A stretch of DNA of 64,000 nt from Candidatus Velthaea sp. (GTDB lineage Bacteria > Vulcanimicrobiota > Vulcanimicrobiia > Vulcanimicrobiales > Vulcanimicrobiaceae). Shown piece by piece: positions 46,143-55,356 of the stretch. How positions within the stretch are numbered: the stretch's first letter is position 1; every line of letters begins with the position of its first letter. The translations under genes were made by a program, and so were the position numbers. The notes under the pieces are model-generated. The model was given only the letters and a program-made list of their open reading frames with translations, did not search any database and was not told where the DNA came from. The stretch covers positions 18,193 through 82,192 of the forward strand of contig JBEKHC010000011.1 in assembly GCA_050012475.1 (NCBI GenBank), in the 5' to 3' direction.

Positions 46143-46373
46143 ATGTGGAACTTTCAAACTCAAGTCTTCAGCGGCGCCGAGGCGATCGAGTGGCATCAGA
46201 GCAATCTGAGTCCCAGCCATCTGCGCGCGGTGCTCGATGCGATCAATGACGGCTTTTCCCGGCTCCCGCTCCCCCGACTTTCCTGCCGTGAATGCGGTCT
46301 GAACTACGGCAATACGGGAACGTTTCTGAGCGAGTCGCCCTGCCCGGCTTGCCGTGCGGAGGCGGACGATTAG
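46143..46373 (+). CDS. Small putative zinc-ribbon protein (CxxC-x15-CxxC), paralogue A
   Basis: Clear protein-level homology to 47747..47989. Confidence 0.75.
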   Translation: MWNFQTQVFSGAEAIEWHQSNLSPSHLRAVLDAINDGFSRLPLPRLSCRECGLNYGNTGTFLSESPCPACRAEADD

Positions 46374-46386
46374 CGCAGGCGGCTGC

Positions 46387-47493
46387 CTAACGAACCGGCG
46401 ACGGTTCCGCTGCTCGAACGGTGAACGTAGAGCAAATGAGCCGGCGAAGCGGTTCTTCAACGCCGTGGTAGAGCACCGAACTCAGCGCGAGCGAGATCAC
46501 CAGCGCCGCCGGAATGGCCGCGAGATACGGTAACGGCGTCGTCGCCAACGCATCGATCACCAGCAGGTGGACTAAATAGAACGCAAAGCTGATCTCGCCG
46601 AGCCGCACGAAGGCCGGAGCCGAGAGCAAGCGAGAAATCGTTCCGCCTTGACGAGCGAACACCGCGATCAGTGCTGCCGAGAATGGCAGCGATAGCGCGG
46701 AGAATCGCACGGAAGCCGGAAACGCCGGGGAGACGAGCGTTGCCAGGATGACGCCCCCGACGACGAGCAACTCGCTCGTCGTCGGCTGCAGCCCGGCGCG
46801 CGAGATTGCGGGTCGCTTGAGGAAAGCAATGCCGAGCAAGATGCCGATGGTGAACTCCGGCAAGCGGATCGGCGGGAAGACGTAGAACCAGTAGAACGAC
46901 GCCGGACCGCGGTGGCACAGTTCGACACCGAACAGCAGTGCCCAAAGCGCGGCGGCCGCAAGCAAGATCGTCGGCGGGCGCGCTGCCCGGGTCAGCCAGG
47001 TGGCGAACCACAGCACGACCGGCAAGAGCGCGTAAAAGAACATTTCGGCCGAAACGCTCCAGGCTTGTCCGTTCAAGCCGAGATAGACCGCGTCGACGGG
47101 AATCCAGCTTTGCACGAGCGCGGTTTGAGCGACAACTTCGGCCAGCCGCACTTGTGTCGCGACGCCGCTCCAGTACTTGCCGCCGCAGACGGCCATGAAC
47201 GCCAGCATGAGCAGCATGGTCGTCAGGTACACCGGAAGGATGCGCGCGATCCGCGCCAGGTAGAAGCGGTGCGCGGCGAGCGTCGACAGTCCGCCGGCGA
47301 AGTCGCCGTAATAGCGATAGGTCAGGATGAAGCCGGAGAGCAGATAGAAGAAGCCGACGCCGGTGTAGCCGATGCCGAAGATTGCATTGAGCGTCCACGT
47401 CACGGGCGTGTGGGAGAAGAACACCGCGAGCGCAGCAAAAAAGCGCAGCGACGTGAGCGGGCGGAGCGATTGGGGCGTGACCGCTTTGTCCAT
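46387..47493 (-). CDS. Acyltransferase-3 (OafA/YrhL-like) membrane O-acyltransferase
   Basis: LTSLRFFAA..V..SH, GVGFFYLLSGFIL, RIARILP, WSVSAEMFFY, LGEISFAFYLVH, VEEP. Confidence 0.92.
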   Translation of the reverse strand: MDKAVTPQSLRPLTSLRFFAALAVFFSHTPVTWTLNAIFGIGYTGVGFFYLLSGFILTYRYYGDFAGGLSTLAAHRFYLARIARILPVYLTTMLLMLAFMAVCGGKYWSGVATQVRLAEVVAQTALVQSWIPVDAVYLGLNGQAWSVSAEMFFYALLPVVLWFATWLTRAARPPTILLAAAALWALLFGVELCHRGPASFYWFYVFPPIRLPEFTIGILLGIAFLKRPAISRAGLQPTTSELLVVGGVILATLVSPAFPASVRFSALSLPFSAALIAVFARQGGTISRLLSAPAFVRLGEISFAFYLVHLLVIDALATTPLPYLAAIPAALVISLALSSVLYHGVEEPLRRLICSTFTVRAAEPSPVR

Positions 47494-47746
47494 AGCCTGA
47501 CCAAGAGCAGTTCGGCGTTCAAGGTCATGTAGTTAAGCAATCGCGCCCAATCGTGCGGATCGGCCGGTGCGCGCTCGGACATCGTGCACGCTCCAGTACG
47601 GACGACGGGGCGTCGACGCCGCTCGTGCGCGCGAGCTTCGTGCCTCCGGCGTGCGACTCGGCAACCGGTTGCACTGTTTGCACCACGGGGCCGAATCATA
47701 ACGTTCGAGCGATAGGAACCCGACGTGGACGCGATAAGTCGTGAGC

Positions 47747-47989
47747 ATGTGGAAGTTCCTGTCCCGAGTCTTTCCCGGCTCGGCAGCAGATCAGCCGCAG
47801 CCGCCTCCACTGCTCGACTCGAGCCGTGTCAACAGCATGCTCCAAGCGATCGACGATGGGGTCTCGCGACGTGCGCTTCCCACACTGGTCTGCCGTCAGT
47901 GCGGTCTGAAATATAACAACACCGGTACCTATTTGAGCGGCTCGACGTGTCCGGATTGCACGCCCCGACCGGAGGGCGAGCGCCGCTAA
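47747..47989 (+). CDS. Small putative zinc-ribbon protein (CxxC-x15-CxxC), paralogue B
   Basis: MWKF...AIDDG.SR..LP.L.CRQCGLKYNNTGTYLS..CPDC, homologous to 46143..46373. Confidence 0.75.
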   Translation: MWKFLSRVFPGSAADQPQPPPLLDSSRVNSMLQAIDDGVSRRALPTLVCRQCGLKYNNTGTYLSGSTCPDCTPRPEGERR

Positions 47990-48125
47990 TCCCCCGCCGC
48001 GCGACAACCGATGCATGAGAGGGATCGCCTCGTGAGCGCGATCTAGAAAGCTTGTCGCACGCTTGCGTTCTTGGGCGATTGGAAGCAGGACAACCGCGCT
48101 TGCGGCGGGTCCGTCGCGCGGCATC

Positions 48126-49502
48126 ATGCCGCTGCTCGTTACGGTCTTTGCCGGCTTGTCGCTCGTCGGGTATTTCTCGCTGTTCCAAGCGCGATACTGT
48201 GATTTTCGCGCCTTCTATTGTTCGGGCAGCGTTACGCTGGCCGGGGCCGACGCGTATCGCGAGCATCCGTTGCACGAGTGCGAGCAATCGCTGCCGCCGC
48301 ACTTTCTGTCGAGCCTGCCGGCCGAAGTAACGATTCCCGCCCCGTATCCCGGTTACGCGCTGGCGCTGTTTTCGCTCGTCGCGCGGCTGCCGTTCGACAC
48401 CGCCGTCATCGTTTGGACCCTGGGCTCGTGCTTCGCGCTGGGAGCGGCGATCGTGACCATCGCGCGGTTGACCGCGACGCCGCTGCCGGCAACGGCCGTC
48501 GTGCTCGCATTCCCGGCCGCGATCGTTTCATTGCCGCTCGGTCAGCCGGCGCTGCTGGTGTTGTTCGCAATTGCCGCCTGCGCGGCGTTGCTCCACGGGG
48601 GCCGGCCGCGATGCGCCGCGCTCGCCGCGTTGGTCACCGCCATCGACCCGCATGTCGGACTGGCGGTTTGTCTGGGGCTTTTCGTCGCTGTATCGCGCGC
48701 GCGGCCGATCCTGCTTGCGGGCGCCGGCATTCTGCTCGCCGGGAGCATTCTCGCTTATGGTCCGGCGCGAGAGTGGGAGTATCTTCACGACGTCTTGCCG
48801 CTGCATTCGCTCGTCAACGTGCCCGAGTTCTCGCAATACAGCGTCGCCAACCTCGCCTTCGGTGCCGGCTTGTCGCGCGGCGTCGCATTGCTCGCGGGGA
48901 ACGTTTGGTACGCGTTGTCGCTGGTCGTCGGCGTGGTCGTCGCGTGCCGTCTGCGGCCGCGTTTGGGGACGTCTGCGGTTGCGTTCGTGCCGGTGGCGTT
49001 TGCCGTCTTCGGGGGCGCGCACACCCACTTGCAGCAGCTCAGTCTCGCCATTCCGGCGTTTTTGCTGCTCACCTCGGCCGCGAGCGGCCGGCGCCGCGCT
49101 TTGTTCGCGGTCGCGACCTTTGCTGCGGCGATGCCGTGGCTGGTCGCCGCGCCGTTCGTGTATCTTTTCCCGGCGACGGCGCTGCTGGGAATCGTCTTCG
49201 CACGCTGCATGAAAACGCCGAGGATCGGCATGGCGCTGGGGGCCGGCAGCTTCGTCGTACTGACGCTGTTGTATCTGGCCGTCGCCGGTTCGCACGCCGT
49301 GGCCACCCCGATCGCCGCGCCGCAAGGCGGCAATCCGCTCGCGGAAGTGGCCTGGGGATCGTTCGTCAACGCGACGTCACTCCCGGCCCAAGCGTGGTTT
49401 TTTGCCGGCAAGATACCGACGCTCTTGGGCTTCGGCGTCATGCTGACGGCACTTGCCGCGGCGGCGCGGACACGAGCGAAATCCGATCCGGTGCCGGCAT
49501 GA
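48126..49502 (+). CDS. Multi-pass membrane protein, GT87/DUF2029-like GT-C glycosyltransferase, paralogue 1
   Basis: DFRAFYCSG...ADAY, PAPYPGY, LPLGQ; more than 10 TM. Confidence 0.65.
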   Translation: MPLLVTVFAGLSLVGYFSLFQARYCDFRAFYCSGSVTLAGADAYREHPLHECEQSLPPHFLSSLPAEVTIPAPYPGYALALFSLVARLPFDTAVIVWTLGSCFALGAAIVTIARLTATPLPATAVVLAFPAAIVSLPLGQPALLVLFAIAACAALLHGGRPRCAALAALVTAIDPHVGLAVCLGLFVAVSRARPILLAGAGILLAGSILAYGPAREWEYLHDVLPLHSLVNVPEFSQYSVANLAFGAGLSRGVALLAGNVWYALSLVVGVVVACRLRPRLGTSAVAFVPVAFAVFGGAHTHLQQLSLAIPAFLLLTSAASGRRRALFAVATFAAAMPWLVAAPFVYLFPATALLGIVFARCMKTPRIGMALGAGSFVVLTLLYLAVAGSHAVATPIAAPQGGNPLAEVAWGSFVNATSLPAQAWFFAGKIPTLLGFGVMLTALAAAARTRAKSDPVPA

Positions 49503-50956
49503 AATACCTGCGCGCCAACGGCATCGCGCTCGTCATCGTACTGGCATCGATCGCGGCGTACGTTCCGTACGCTCCGGTAAAAATGTACGACTTCCGAGCG
49601 TTCTATTGCGCGGGAAAAGCGCTGCGCGCGCACGCGGACCCGTACCGCCTGCGTCCGCTGCAAGCGTGCGAACGGAACACCACGGCGCCCGGCATTCCGG
49701 TCAACGCCGGCGATCCCACCGTTCCCGCGCCGCTGCCGGGTTACGTGTTGGCCGTCTTTGCGCTGCTCTCGCTGCTGCCGTTCGGTTGGTGCGCACTGCT
49801 GTGGATCGCTGCGTCGGTCGCGGCGCTGGCCGGTTCGATCGTTCTGCTGCAGCGTGTCCTGCGTTTGCCGGCGCCGGCGATCGCCGTTGCGGTCGTGTTG
49901 CCGGCGGCCATCGTCGCTCTCCCCTTGGGCCAACTCGCGCCCTTCATCGGCTGCGCGATCGCGCTGTGCGCGTACGGTCTGTCATGCGGGCGCTGGCGCC
50001 TTGCTGCGGCGGGTGCGCTTGCGACGTCACCCGATCCGGCGATCGCCGTCGTCCTCTGCTCGACCCTCCTCGTGGCCGTACCAGCGACGCGCGCGACGAT
50101 CTTGTGCGGAACGGCGGCGCTGGCCGCGCTGGCGGTGGTGACGTTCGGTGTGGGCACGAACGTCGAATACGTTCAGACCGTGCTCCACGCGCACGCCATC
50201 GGAAACGTCGCCGAGCGTTCGCAACTGAGTGCGGCTCATTTTGCCTGGGTGGCCGGATTGAGCCGGCCGGCGGCGCTCGTCTTCGGCGAGGTCTGGTACG
50301 CGTGCGCAGCGGTAAGCGGCGTGTGGATTGCCATCCGGCTGCGAAGGCGATTCGGCATCGCGGCCGTGGCCTTGGTTCCGCCGGCATTCGCGGTGTTCGG
50401 TGGCGTCTACGTTCACTTCAGCCAAGTCGTGCTGGCGATTCCGGCGTTTCTGATGGTCGTGCGCGAGCTTCCCGCGCGACTCCCATGGCTGCCGGCGTCG
50501 ATCTTCGTGCTTGCGGTGCCGTGGCTGGCGCTGGCCGGCTTTCCGCCCTTCGCGCTCGCGCTGGTGATGCTCGCCGTCGCCTACGCGCGCGAACTCCAAT
50601 CCGTGCGCACCGGACTGCGTCTGGGCCTGGCCGCAGCGGCGCTGCTGGCGGTGTTCTTCGCGTTTGCCCTGACGACGGTTGCCCCGCCCGCCTCGCCGTC
50701 GTTTCAGGCAACGGCGGCCGGTGATGCGCTCGCGGAAAGCGCCTGGAGCGAGTACATCGACTGGCGCGATCCGAAGCCGAACCGATTGTTTCTCCTGCTC
50801 GAGCTTCCGACCATGGCGGCTTTGAGCGCTTGTCTTGCCGCCCTGGTTTTTCTGAGCGCGGGCGAGAAAAAACCGTTTCTCGCCCGCCTCTCCCCGCGCA
50901 CGCTCGCCGGTCGCGCGCTAAATCCTGGGGCCGAATCGCCGATGGATTCGGTGTAA
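49499..50956 (+). CDS. Multi-pass membrane protein, GT87/DUF2029-like GT-C glycosyltransferase, paralogue 2
   Basis: ATGA overlap; DFRAFYCAG...ADPY, PAPLPGY, LPLGQ, FAVFGG. Confidence 0.65.
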   Translation: MKYLRANGIALVIVLASIAAYVPYAPVKMYDFRAFYCAGKALRAHADPYRLRPLQACERNTTAPGIPVNAGDPTVPAPLPGYVLAVFALLSLLPFGWCALLWIAASVAALAGSIVLLQRVLRLPAPAIAVAVVLPAAIVALPLGQLAPFIGCAIALCAYGLSCGRWRLAAAGALATSPDPAIAVVLCSTLLVAVPATRATILCGTAALAALAVVTFGVGTNVEYVQTVLHAHAIGNVAERSQLSAAHFAWVAGLSRPAALVFGEVWYACAAVSGVWIAIRLRRRFGIAAVALVPPAFAVFGGVYVHFSQVVLAIPAFLMVVRELPARLPWLPASIFVLAVPWLALAGFPPFALALVMLAVAYARELQSVRTGLRLGLAAAALLAVFFAFALTTVAPPASPSFQATAAGDALAESAWSEYIDWRDPKPNRLFLLLELPTMAALSACLAALVFLSAGEKKPFLARLSPRTLAGRALNPGAESPMDSV

Positions 50957-52440
50957 TGGCTATGCGCGTACCGAAAATAGCGCCGGCCGTGCTCGAACGT
51001 CCCCGCGTTTGCGCCTGGCTGGATTTTCATGCGCAAACCGCCGTGCGGCTCATCTGCGCGCCGGCCGGGTCGGGCAAAACGACCAGTGCCGTGCTGTACG
51101 CTCGCCGCCGCACCGGCAAGGTGAGTTTCGTCGCCATAGCGCCGGGAACCGGCGAAACCGAATTGATCGCGCAGCTCGCCTATTGCGCGGGAAGTTCCAC
51201 GGTTCAGAACTATCCTGAACTCGTCGAGCTGCTGACCGCCATCGCGCCGCTGGAGATCGTCGTCGACAACGTGGACAGCGCGACGGCGCAAGCGCGCGCG
51301 CTGCTGGGCCGAATCTACCTCGACGTTCCCGACGGCGTTACGTTTGTCTATTTGGCGCGTTCCGAAGACGCCGTCCCGCTGTACGGTGCGCAGGCCAAGG
51401 GACTCGTCGACGTTTGCGATCCGGCCCTGCTGGCTTTCGATACCGATGAAATAATGCGGCTGGCCGTATCGCTTGGCGTCGAAGAAGGGCTGCCGGCCGC
51501 GTCGCGGCTGCGCGAAGCGACCCACGGTTGGGCGCTCGCCGTCGCCGGCGCATGCCGGACCGCGGCCGCCAATCATCTGCGGCTCGCCGACGCGCTGCCG
51601 GCCTGGCGGCGCATGAACGACCGGGCCCTGCGCGAACTCATCAGCGATTCGCGCGAGGCTGCTGCACCCGAGTGCGCCGCGGCTTTCGTCGAATTGCTGG
51701 CCGGGCGGAATTTGAACGCGGAAGGATTGACGGCGTGCCGTCGCGCCGGACTGTTCGTGAGCGAATGGAATGGGCGCGCGGCGCTCAATCCGCTCGTGCG
51801 CAGCATTGCGGGCGTCTCGCCGGCGAACGATCCGGCAATTCCCGTACCGCCGGCGGTCATCGAGATGTTCGGACGTTTTGAGATGTCGATCGACGGCCGT
51901 CCCCTCACGTGGATTCGGCGTCGCGATCGGCAGATCGTGGCCTTTTTGGCGACCCGGCCGCAGGGTCGGGCGACGCGCGCCGAGATCGTCGCGGCCTTCT
52001 GGCCCGACGCGGACCGGCAATTGGCCGGGCAAAGCTTGCGCACCGCATGTTCGACGATCCGGCGCGCCATCGCCGCGTGCGTCGGACGGGCGAACGTCGG
52101 CCGCTATTTCAATTGCGACTACGGTCTCGAACTCGTGCTCGAAAACGCGCTCATTTCATCGCGCGAGTTCGCCGCGCTGTACGAGCTTGCCGCGGCCGCT
52201 TATGCGCGCAACGACTTCGCTGCCGCCTTCGCGCACTTTCGGGCCGCGGAACTGCTCTATCGGTCGCCGTTTCTGTGCGGCGAGCCGCCCGCCCCGTGGG
52301 CCATCTCGTTCGAAGAAAAGTACGCGCTCATGCATTGCGAGGTCGTCACGCGCCTCGACGAATTGAGCGCGGCTCGCTGGAAGAGCGAAGCGGCCGCCGG
52401 GCCGCGGCTCGCAAACGCGATCCATCAGGTAAGCGCCTAA
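50956..52440 (+). CDS. MalT-like NTPase fused to a SARP-type wHTH/BTAD regulator
   Basis: TAATG overlap; APAGSGKTT, IVVDN, THGW; MFGRF, FWPD, LLYRSPFL. Confidence 0.75.
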   Translation: MAMRVPKIAPAVLERPRVCAWLDFHAQTAVRLICAPAGSGKTTSAVLYARRRTGKVSFVAIAPGTGETELIAQLAYCAGSSTVQNYPELVELLTAIAPLEIVVDNVDSATAQARALLGRIYLDVPDGVTFVYLARSEDAVPLYGAQAKGLVDVCDPALLAFDTDEIMRLAVSLGVEEGLPAASRLREATHGWALAVAGACRTAAANHLRLADALPAWRRMNDRALRELISDSREAAAPECAAAFVELLAGRNLNAEGLTACRRAGLFVSEWNGRAALNPLVRSIAGVSPANDPAIPVPPAVIEMFGRFEMSIDGRPLTWIRRRDRQIVAFLATRPQGRATRAEIVAAFWPDADRQLAGQSLRTACSTIRRAIAACVGRANVGRYFNCDYGLELVLENALISSREFAALYELAAAAYARNDFAAAFAHFRAAELLYRSPFLCGEPPAPWAISFEEKYALMHCEVVTRLDELSAARWKSEAAAGPRLANAIHQVSA

Positions 52441-52444
52441 CAGA

Positions 52445-52595
52445 ATTCGCGGCGCTGGACGCGCCGCGAATCCATGGCGTTTGCGGCTGCGCCGCAAGCC
52501 GCGGGCACGCATCCGGTCATCGCGTTCGTCCGATACGTCGAATGAACGAGATTACGCTATGCGCAATCCATCGCGTTTTGGCTTCGCCCAAGTCG
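52445..52595 (+). repeat. REP-like repeat cluster, copies at 52445-52502 and 52549-52595
   Basis: ATTCGCGGCGC/GCGCCGCGAAT stem followed by GGCGTTTGCGGCTGCGCCGCAAGCCGC. AGATTACGCTATGCGCAATCC matches the 6968-7017 copy. Confidence 0.75.
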
Positions 52596-52674
52596 GAGGG
52601 TGTACCGGGCGACGACAAGTCGGACGAACTCCCGGGGGCTGCGCCGGTCTGCCGGCAGATGGGAGAATCCGGTC

Positions 52675-53046
52675 TCAGGCGTTTGCCGGCGAGCCGTTGT
52701 CGACGAGGGCGAGCACGTCGCCCACGGCGATGGCGGCGGCATCGAGAAAACCCGGTCCCATTTCGATCATCGCTGCCGTTCCGCGATGCGAGAGCCACCA
52801 CCGGTTGGGCCGGACGCGTGCGTGGAGGGCGACGACGTTGGCTTGCCGGTCGAGCAGAATCACGTCGATCGACGTTCGCATGCCCAGCGTGTGAATGGCC
52901 GAACACGGCTGCAGCCACAGACCCTGCTGTGGTGCAAGCTTCGCAACGCACAGCCAGCCGATCATCCGGGTCAGCGGCGACCGGGCTCGAACCACGTTCG
53001 TCGACAGGTCAGTGCCGGCCGTGAGATTCCGCAGCGTCGGCATCAA
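52675..53046 (-). CDS. DUF192 family protein
   Basis: RMIGWL, GLW, AIHTLGM...IDVILLD, IEM; last gene of the left tad arm. Confidence 0.8.
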   Translation of the reverse strand: MMPTLRNLTAGTDLSTNVVRARSPLTRMIGWLCVAKLAPQQGLWLQPCSAIHTLGMRTSIDVILLDRQANVVALHARVRPNRWWLSHRGTAAMIEMGPGFLDAAAIAVGDVLALVDNGSPANA

Positions 53047-53651
53047 GAGCCGGTGCGGAGTACGAGCGGGATGATGATCGCGGTGGCGAGATACGGCGCG
53101 AAAGCCAGCGGCTGTTTCTCCCGGCGCTGAATCTTGGCGATCACGATTGCGACGATTGAGACGACCGCAAATGCGAGCATCGCGTCTTTCATTCCCAGCA
53201 GAGCTCCGCCGAGCGCCGCGAGTTTCACGTCACCCCAGCCCATGCCGATGCCTTTGGTGCGCCAGGCCATGAAGGCGAACGGTGCGGCCGGCACGGCCGC
53301 CACCACCGCAACGTACCAGCGCCCGGTAAGAAATCCCGCGATGATGAGCGCGATGAGGGGAACGAGCGTCAAGGAATCGGGGACGATACCGCGCGTAACG
53401 TCGGTATACCAGATGGCCGCCATCAACGCGCAGCTTGCCGCAACGATTCCGAGCGCCGAGGGCGGCATGCCGCGATAGGCGCAGATCCCGCCCGCGACCG
53501 CGGCGGCGATCAAGAGTGCGATGACCGGCGGTTCGGCGACGGGCGGTCCGTCCGCGATTGGCGCGCCGTTGAAATACGTCTTGGCGATGAGAATCCCCGC
53601 GAAGGCGAAGATGCCGAAGGCCAGCGCGCTGACGATGATTCCAACGATCAT
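53043..53651 (-). CDS. A24 family prepilin peptidase
   Basis: YTD..IVPD, GMGWGDVKL, AFAPYL. Confidence 0.85.
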   Translation of the reverse strand: MIVGIIVSALAFGIFAFAGILIAKTYFNGAPIADGPPVAEPPVIALLIAAAVAGGICAYRGMPPSALGIVAASCALMAAIWYTDVTRGIVPDSLTLVPLIALIIAGFLTGRWYVAVVAAVPAAPFAFMAWRTKGIGMGWGDVKLAALGGALLGMKDAMLAFAVVSIVAIVIAKIQRREKQPLAFAPYLATAIIIPLVLRTGS

Positions 53652-54496
53652 TTGTGCCCCAACATCGAAGAAATGACCGGCGTGAAGATCATCACGAAGA
53701 GCGCCGGCAGCATGAAGAAGGCCATCGGCAAGATCATGAGCACCGGCAATTTCGCCGCGATCTGCTCGGCGCGCGCAAGCCGGGCTGCGCGTGCCTCTTG
53801 AGCGAGCTCGTCGAGCACCGAGCCGATGTTGCCGCCCAGACGCTCGGTCTGCACGATCGCCGTTACGAGCTGCGAGAGGTCGGGCTGTTTGGCGCGCTGC
53901 GCCATCGCGGTGAATGCGTCGGCACGGCTGCGGCCGAGCCGAACGTCGGACAGCACGATCGCGATCTCCTCGGCCAGCGGCCCTTCAAATGATGCCGTCG
54001 CAGTGGCCAGGGCTGAATTGAGCGCCGTGCCGGCTTCGACGGTCGTCGAGACCATGTCCAGCAGGTCGGGAATGCGGCGCGCAATCGCTTGTTTGCGCTT
54101 TTTGATCGCGCCGTCGATCACGAACGACGGTCCGATCAGACCGAACAGTGCGAGCACCAAGACGGCGACAAAAAAGAGGTTCGGTTGCTTGAAGACGATC
54201 GCCAGCACGCCGCCGAGCGCACCCGCAATCCCGCCGGCGAGGCAGCGCGAGAGGACGAATTGCGTCACCGTGGTTTGGTACCAGCCCGCTTCCGCGAGCT
54301 TGGCGCCGACCGCCGTCTTATCGACGCCGGAGAGTATCTTGCGAACCACGCTCGAGCGCTCTTGGCCCGGCTTGTTGCGGTTCGCCCAATCGAGCTCGGC
54401 CACGCGGCGCGATGCATCGCTGCGGAAACCCAGAAATGCGACGGTCACGGCGAAGAACGTTGCCGCGCAGCACGCGGCGATTATCGGTATGAGCAT
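53648..54496 (-). CDS. tadC: Tad pilus inner-membrane platform protein TadC
   Basis: PDLLD...EAG, LGRSR, QTERLG, KLPV...P (T2SS-F fold). Confidence 0.88.
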   Translation of the reverse strand: MLIPIIAACCAATFFAVTVAFLGFRSDASRRVAELDWANRNKPGQERSSVVRKILSGVDKTAVGAKLAEAGWYQTTVTQFVLSRCLAGGIAGALGGVLAIVFKQPNLFFVAVLVLALFGLIGPSFVIDGAIKKRKQAIARRIPDLLDMVSTTVEAGTALNSALATATASFEGPLAEEIAIVLSDVRLGRSRADAFTAMAQRAKQPDLSQLVTAIVQTERLGGNIGSVLDELAQEARAARLARAEQIAAKLPVLMILPMAFFMLPALFVMIFTPVISSMLGHK

Positions 54497-55356
54497 CAGA
54501 CGTCGAATGCCAATAAGCGCACGAGGGTAAAGATGCCGCAGCCCTCGAGCACGGCAAATAAGACCAGCCCGATATGGCCGATGAACGTGTGCAGCATCGA
54601 GTCCCGCATTTCGGGCTGGATCACCATGACGGCGCCGCCGACGAGGACCGGAAGCGCGCCCAGGACCCAGGCTCCGGCGACCGCTTCACCGGTGAGCGAC
54701 TTGATTTTGCGCATGACGGCGCGCCGGCCTTTGATCGTCATCGCGAGATGATCCATGATCTTGGCCAGATTGCCGCCGGTTTGTGACTGAACGCGGATCG
54801 CATCGACCATCATTCGCAGCTCCTCGGAGGGCATGCGGCGAACGAGCCCGTCGAGCGCATCGTTGAGCGAAACACCGATGTTCGTCTGACCGAAGACGCG
54901 CATGAATTCGCCGCGCGCGGGTTCGTCCAGTTCTTCGGTGACCAGCACGATCGCCTGGCGCATGCTCAAGCCGACGCGCAGACCGTTGCTGATCATCCGC
55001 AGCACCATTTCCAACTGTTCGTTGAACGCCGTCATCCGTTTCTTGACTTTACCGCGCAGATACGAGCGGAAAGCGAGCAGGGCAATGCCCAAGAAGGCGA
55101 CCAAGACGAAAATCGAAAGAACGATGTTCGGCCGCAGCAAGATGATGACAAAGCTCCAGGCCGTCAGCGAGAAGCCGACGGTTCCCACCACGATCTGTTC
55201 GCTGTGGATCTTGAGTCCAGCGCGTTCGATGTCGCCCGAGAGAAACGACGTTGCCCCGCCCAGCCAGCGGGCGATCGAGTCCCAGCAACTATAGAAAATC
55301 AAACCCGCTGCCGCTGCGGTTCCGAGGACGATGGCCAGCGGCGCGAACCCTACCAC
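54496..55356 (-). CDS. tadB: Tad pilus inner-membrane platform protein TadB
   Basis: FNEQL...LRVGLS, EF, QTGGNLA, LTGE. Start set at GTG 55356. Confidence 0.88.
   Translation of the reverse strand: MVGFAPLAIVLGTAAAAGLIFYSCWDSIARWLGGATSFLSGDIERAGLKIHSEQIVVGTVGFSLTAWSFVIILLRPNIVLSIFVLVAFLGIALLAFRSYLRGKVKKRMTAFNEQLEMVLRMISNGLRVGLSMRQAIVLVTEELDEPARGEFMRVFGQTNIGVSLNDALDGLVRRMPSEELRMMVDAIRVQSQTGGNLAKIMDHLAMTIKGRRAVMRKIKSLTGEAVAGAWVLGALPVLVGGAVMVIQPEMRDSMLHTFIGHIGLVLFAVLEGCGIFTLVRLLAFDV

Noticed and set aside
47494..47746. Short ORF MSERAPADPHDW... and a sigma-54-like GG/GC element near 47660
   Set aside because: The ORF runs out of frame into the acyltransferase with no support; the GG-GC spacing is 9 rather than 10 nt.
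48218..50956. 912-aa single membrane protein
   Set aside because: The first 427 codons are an off-frame read of paralogue 1; the real gene starts at the ATGA overlap at 49499.
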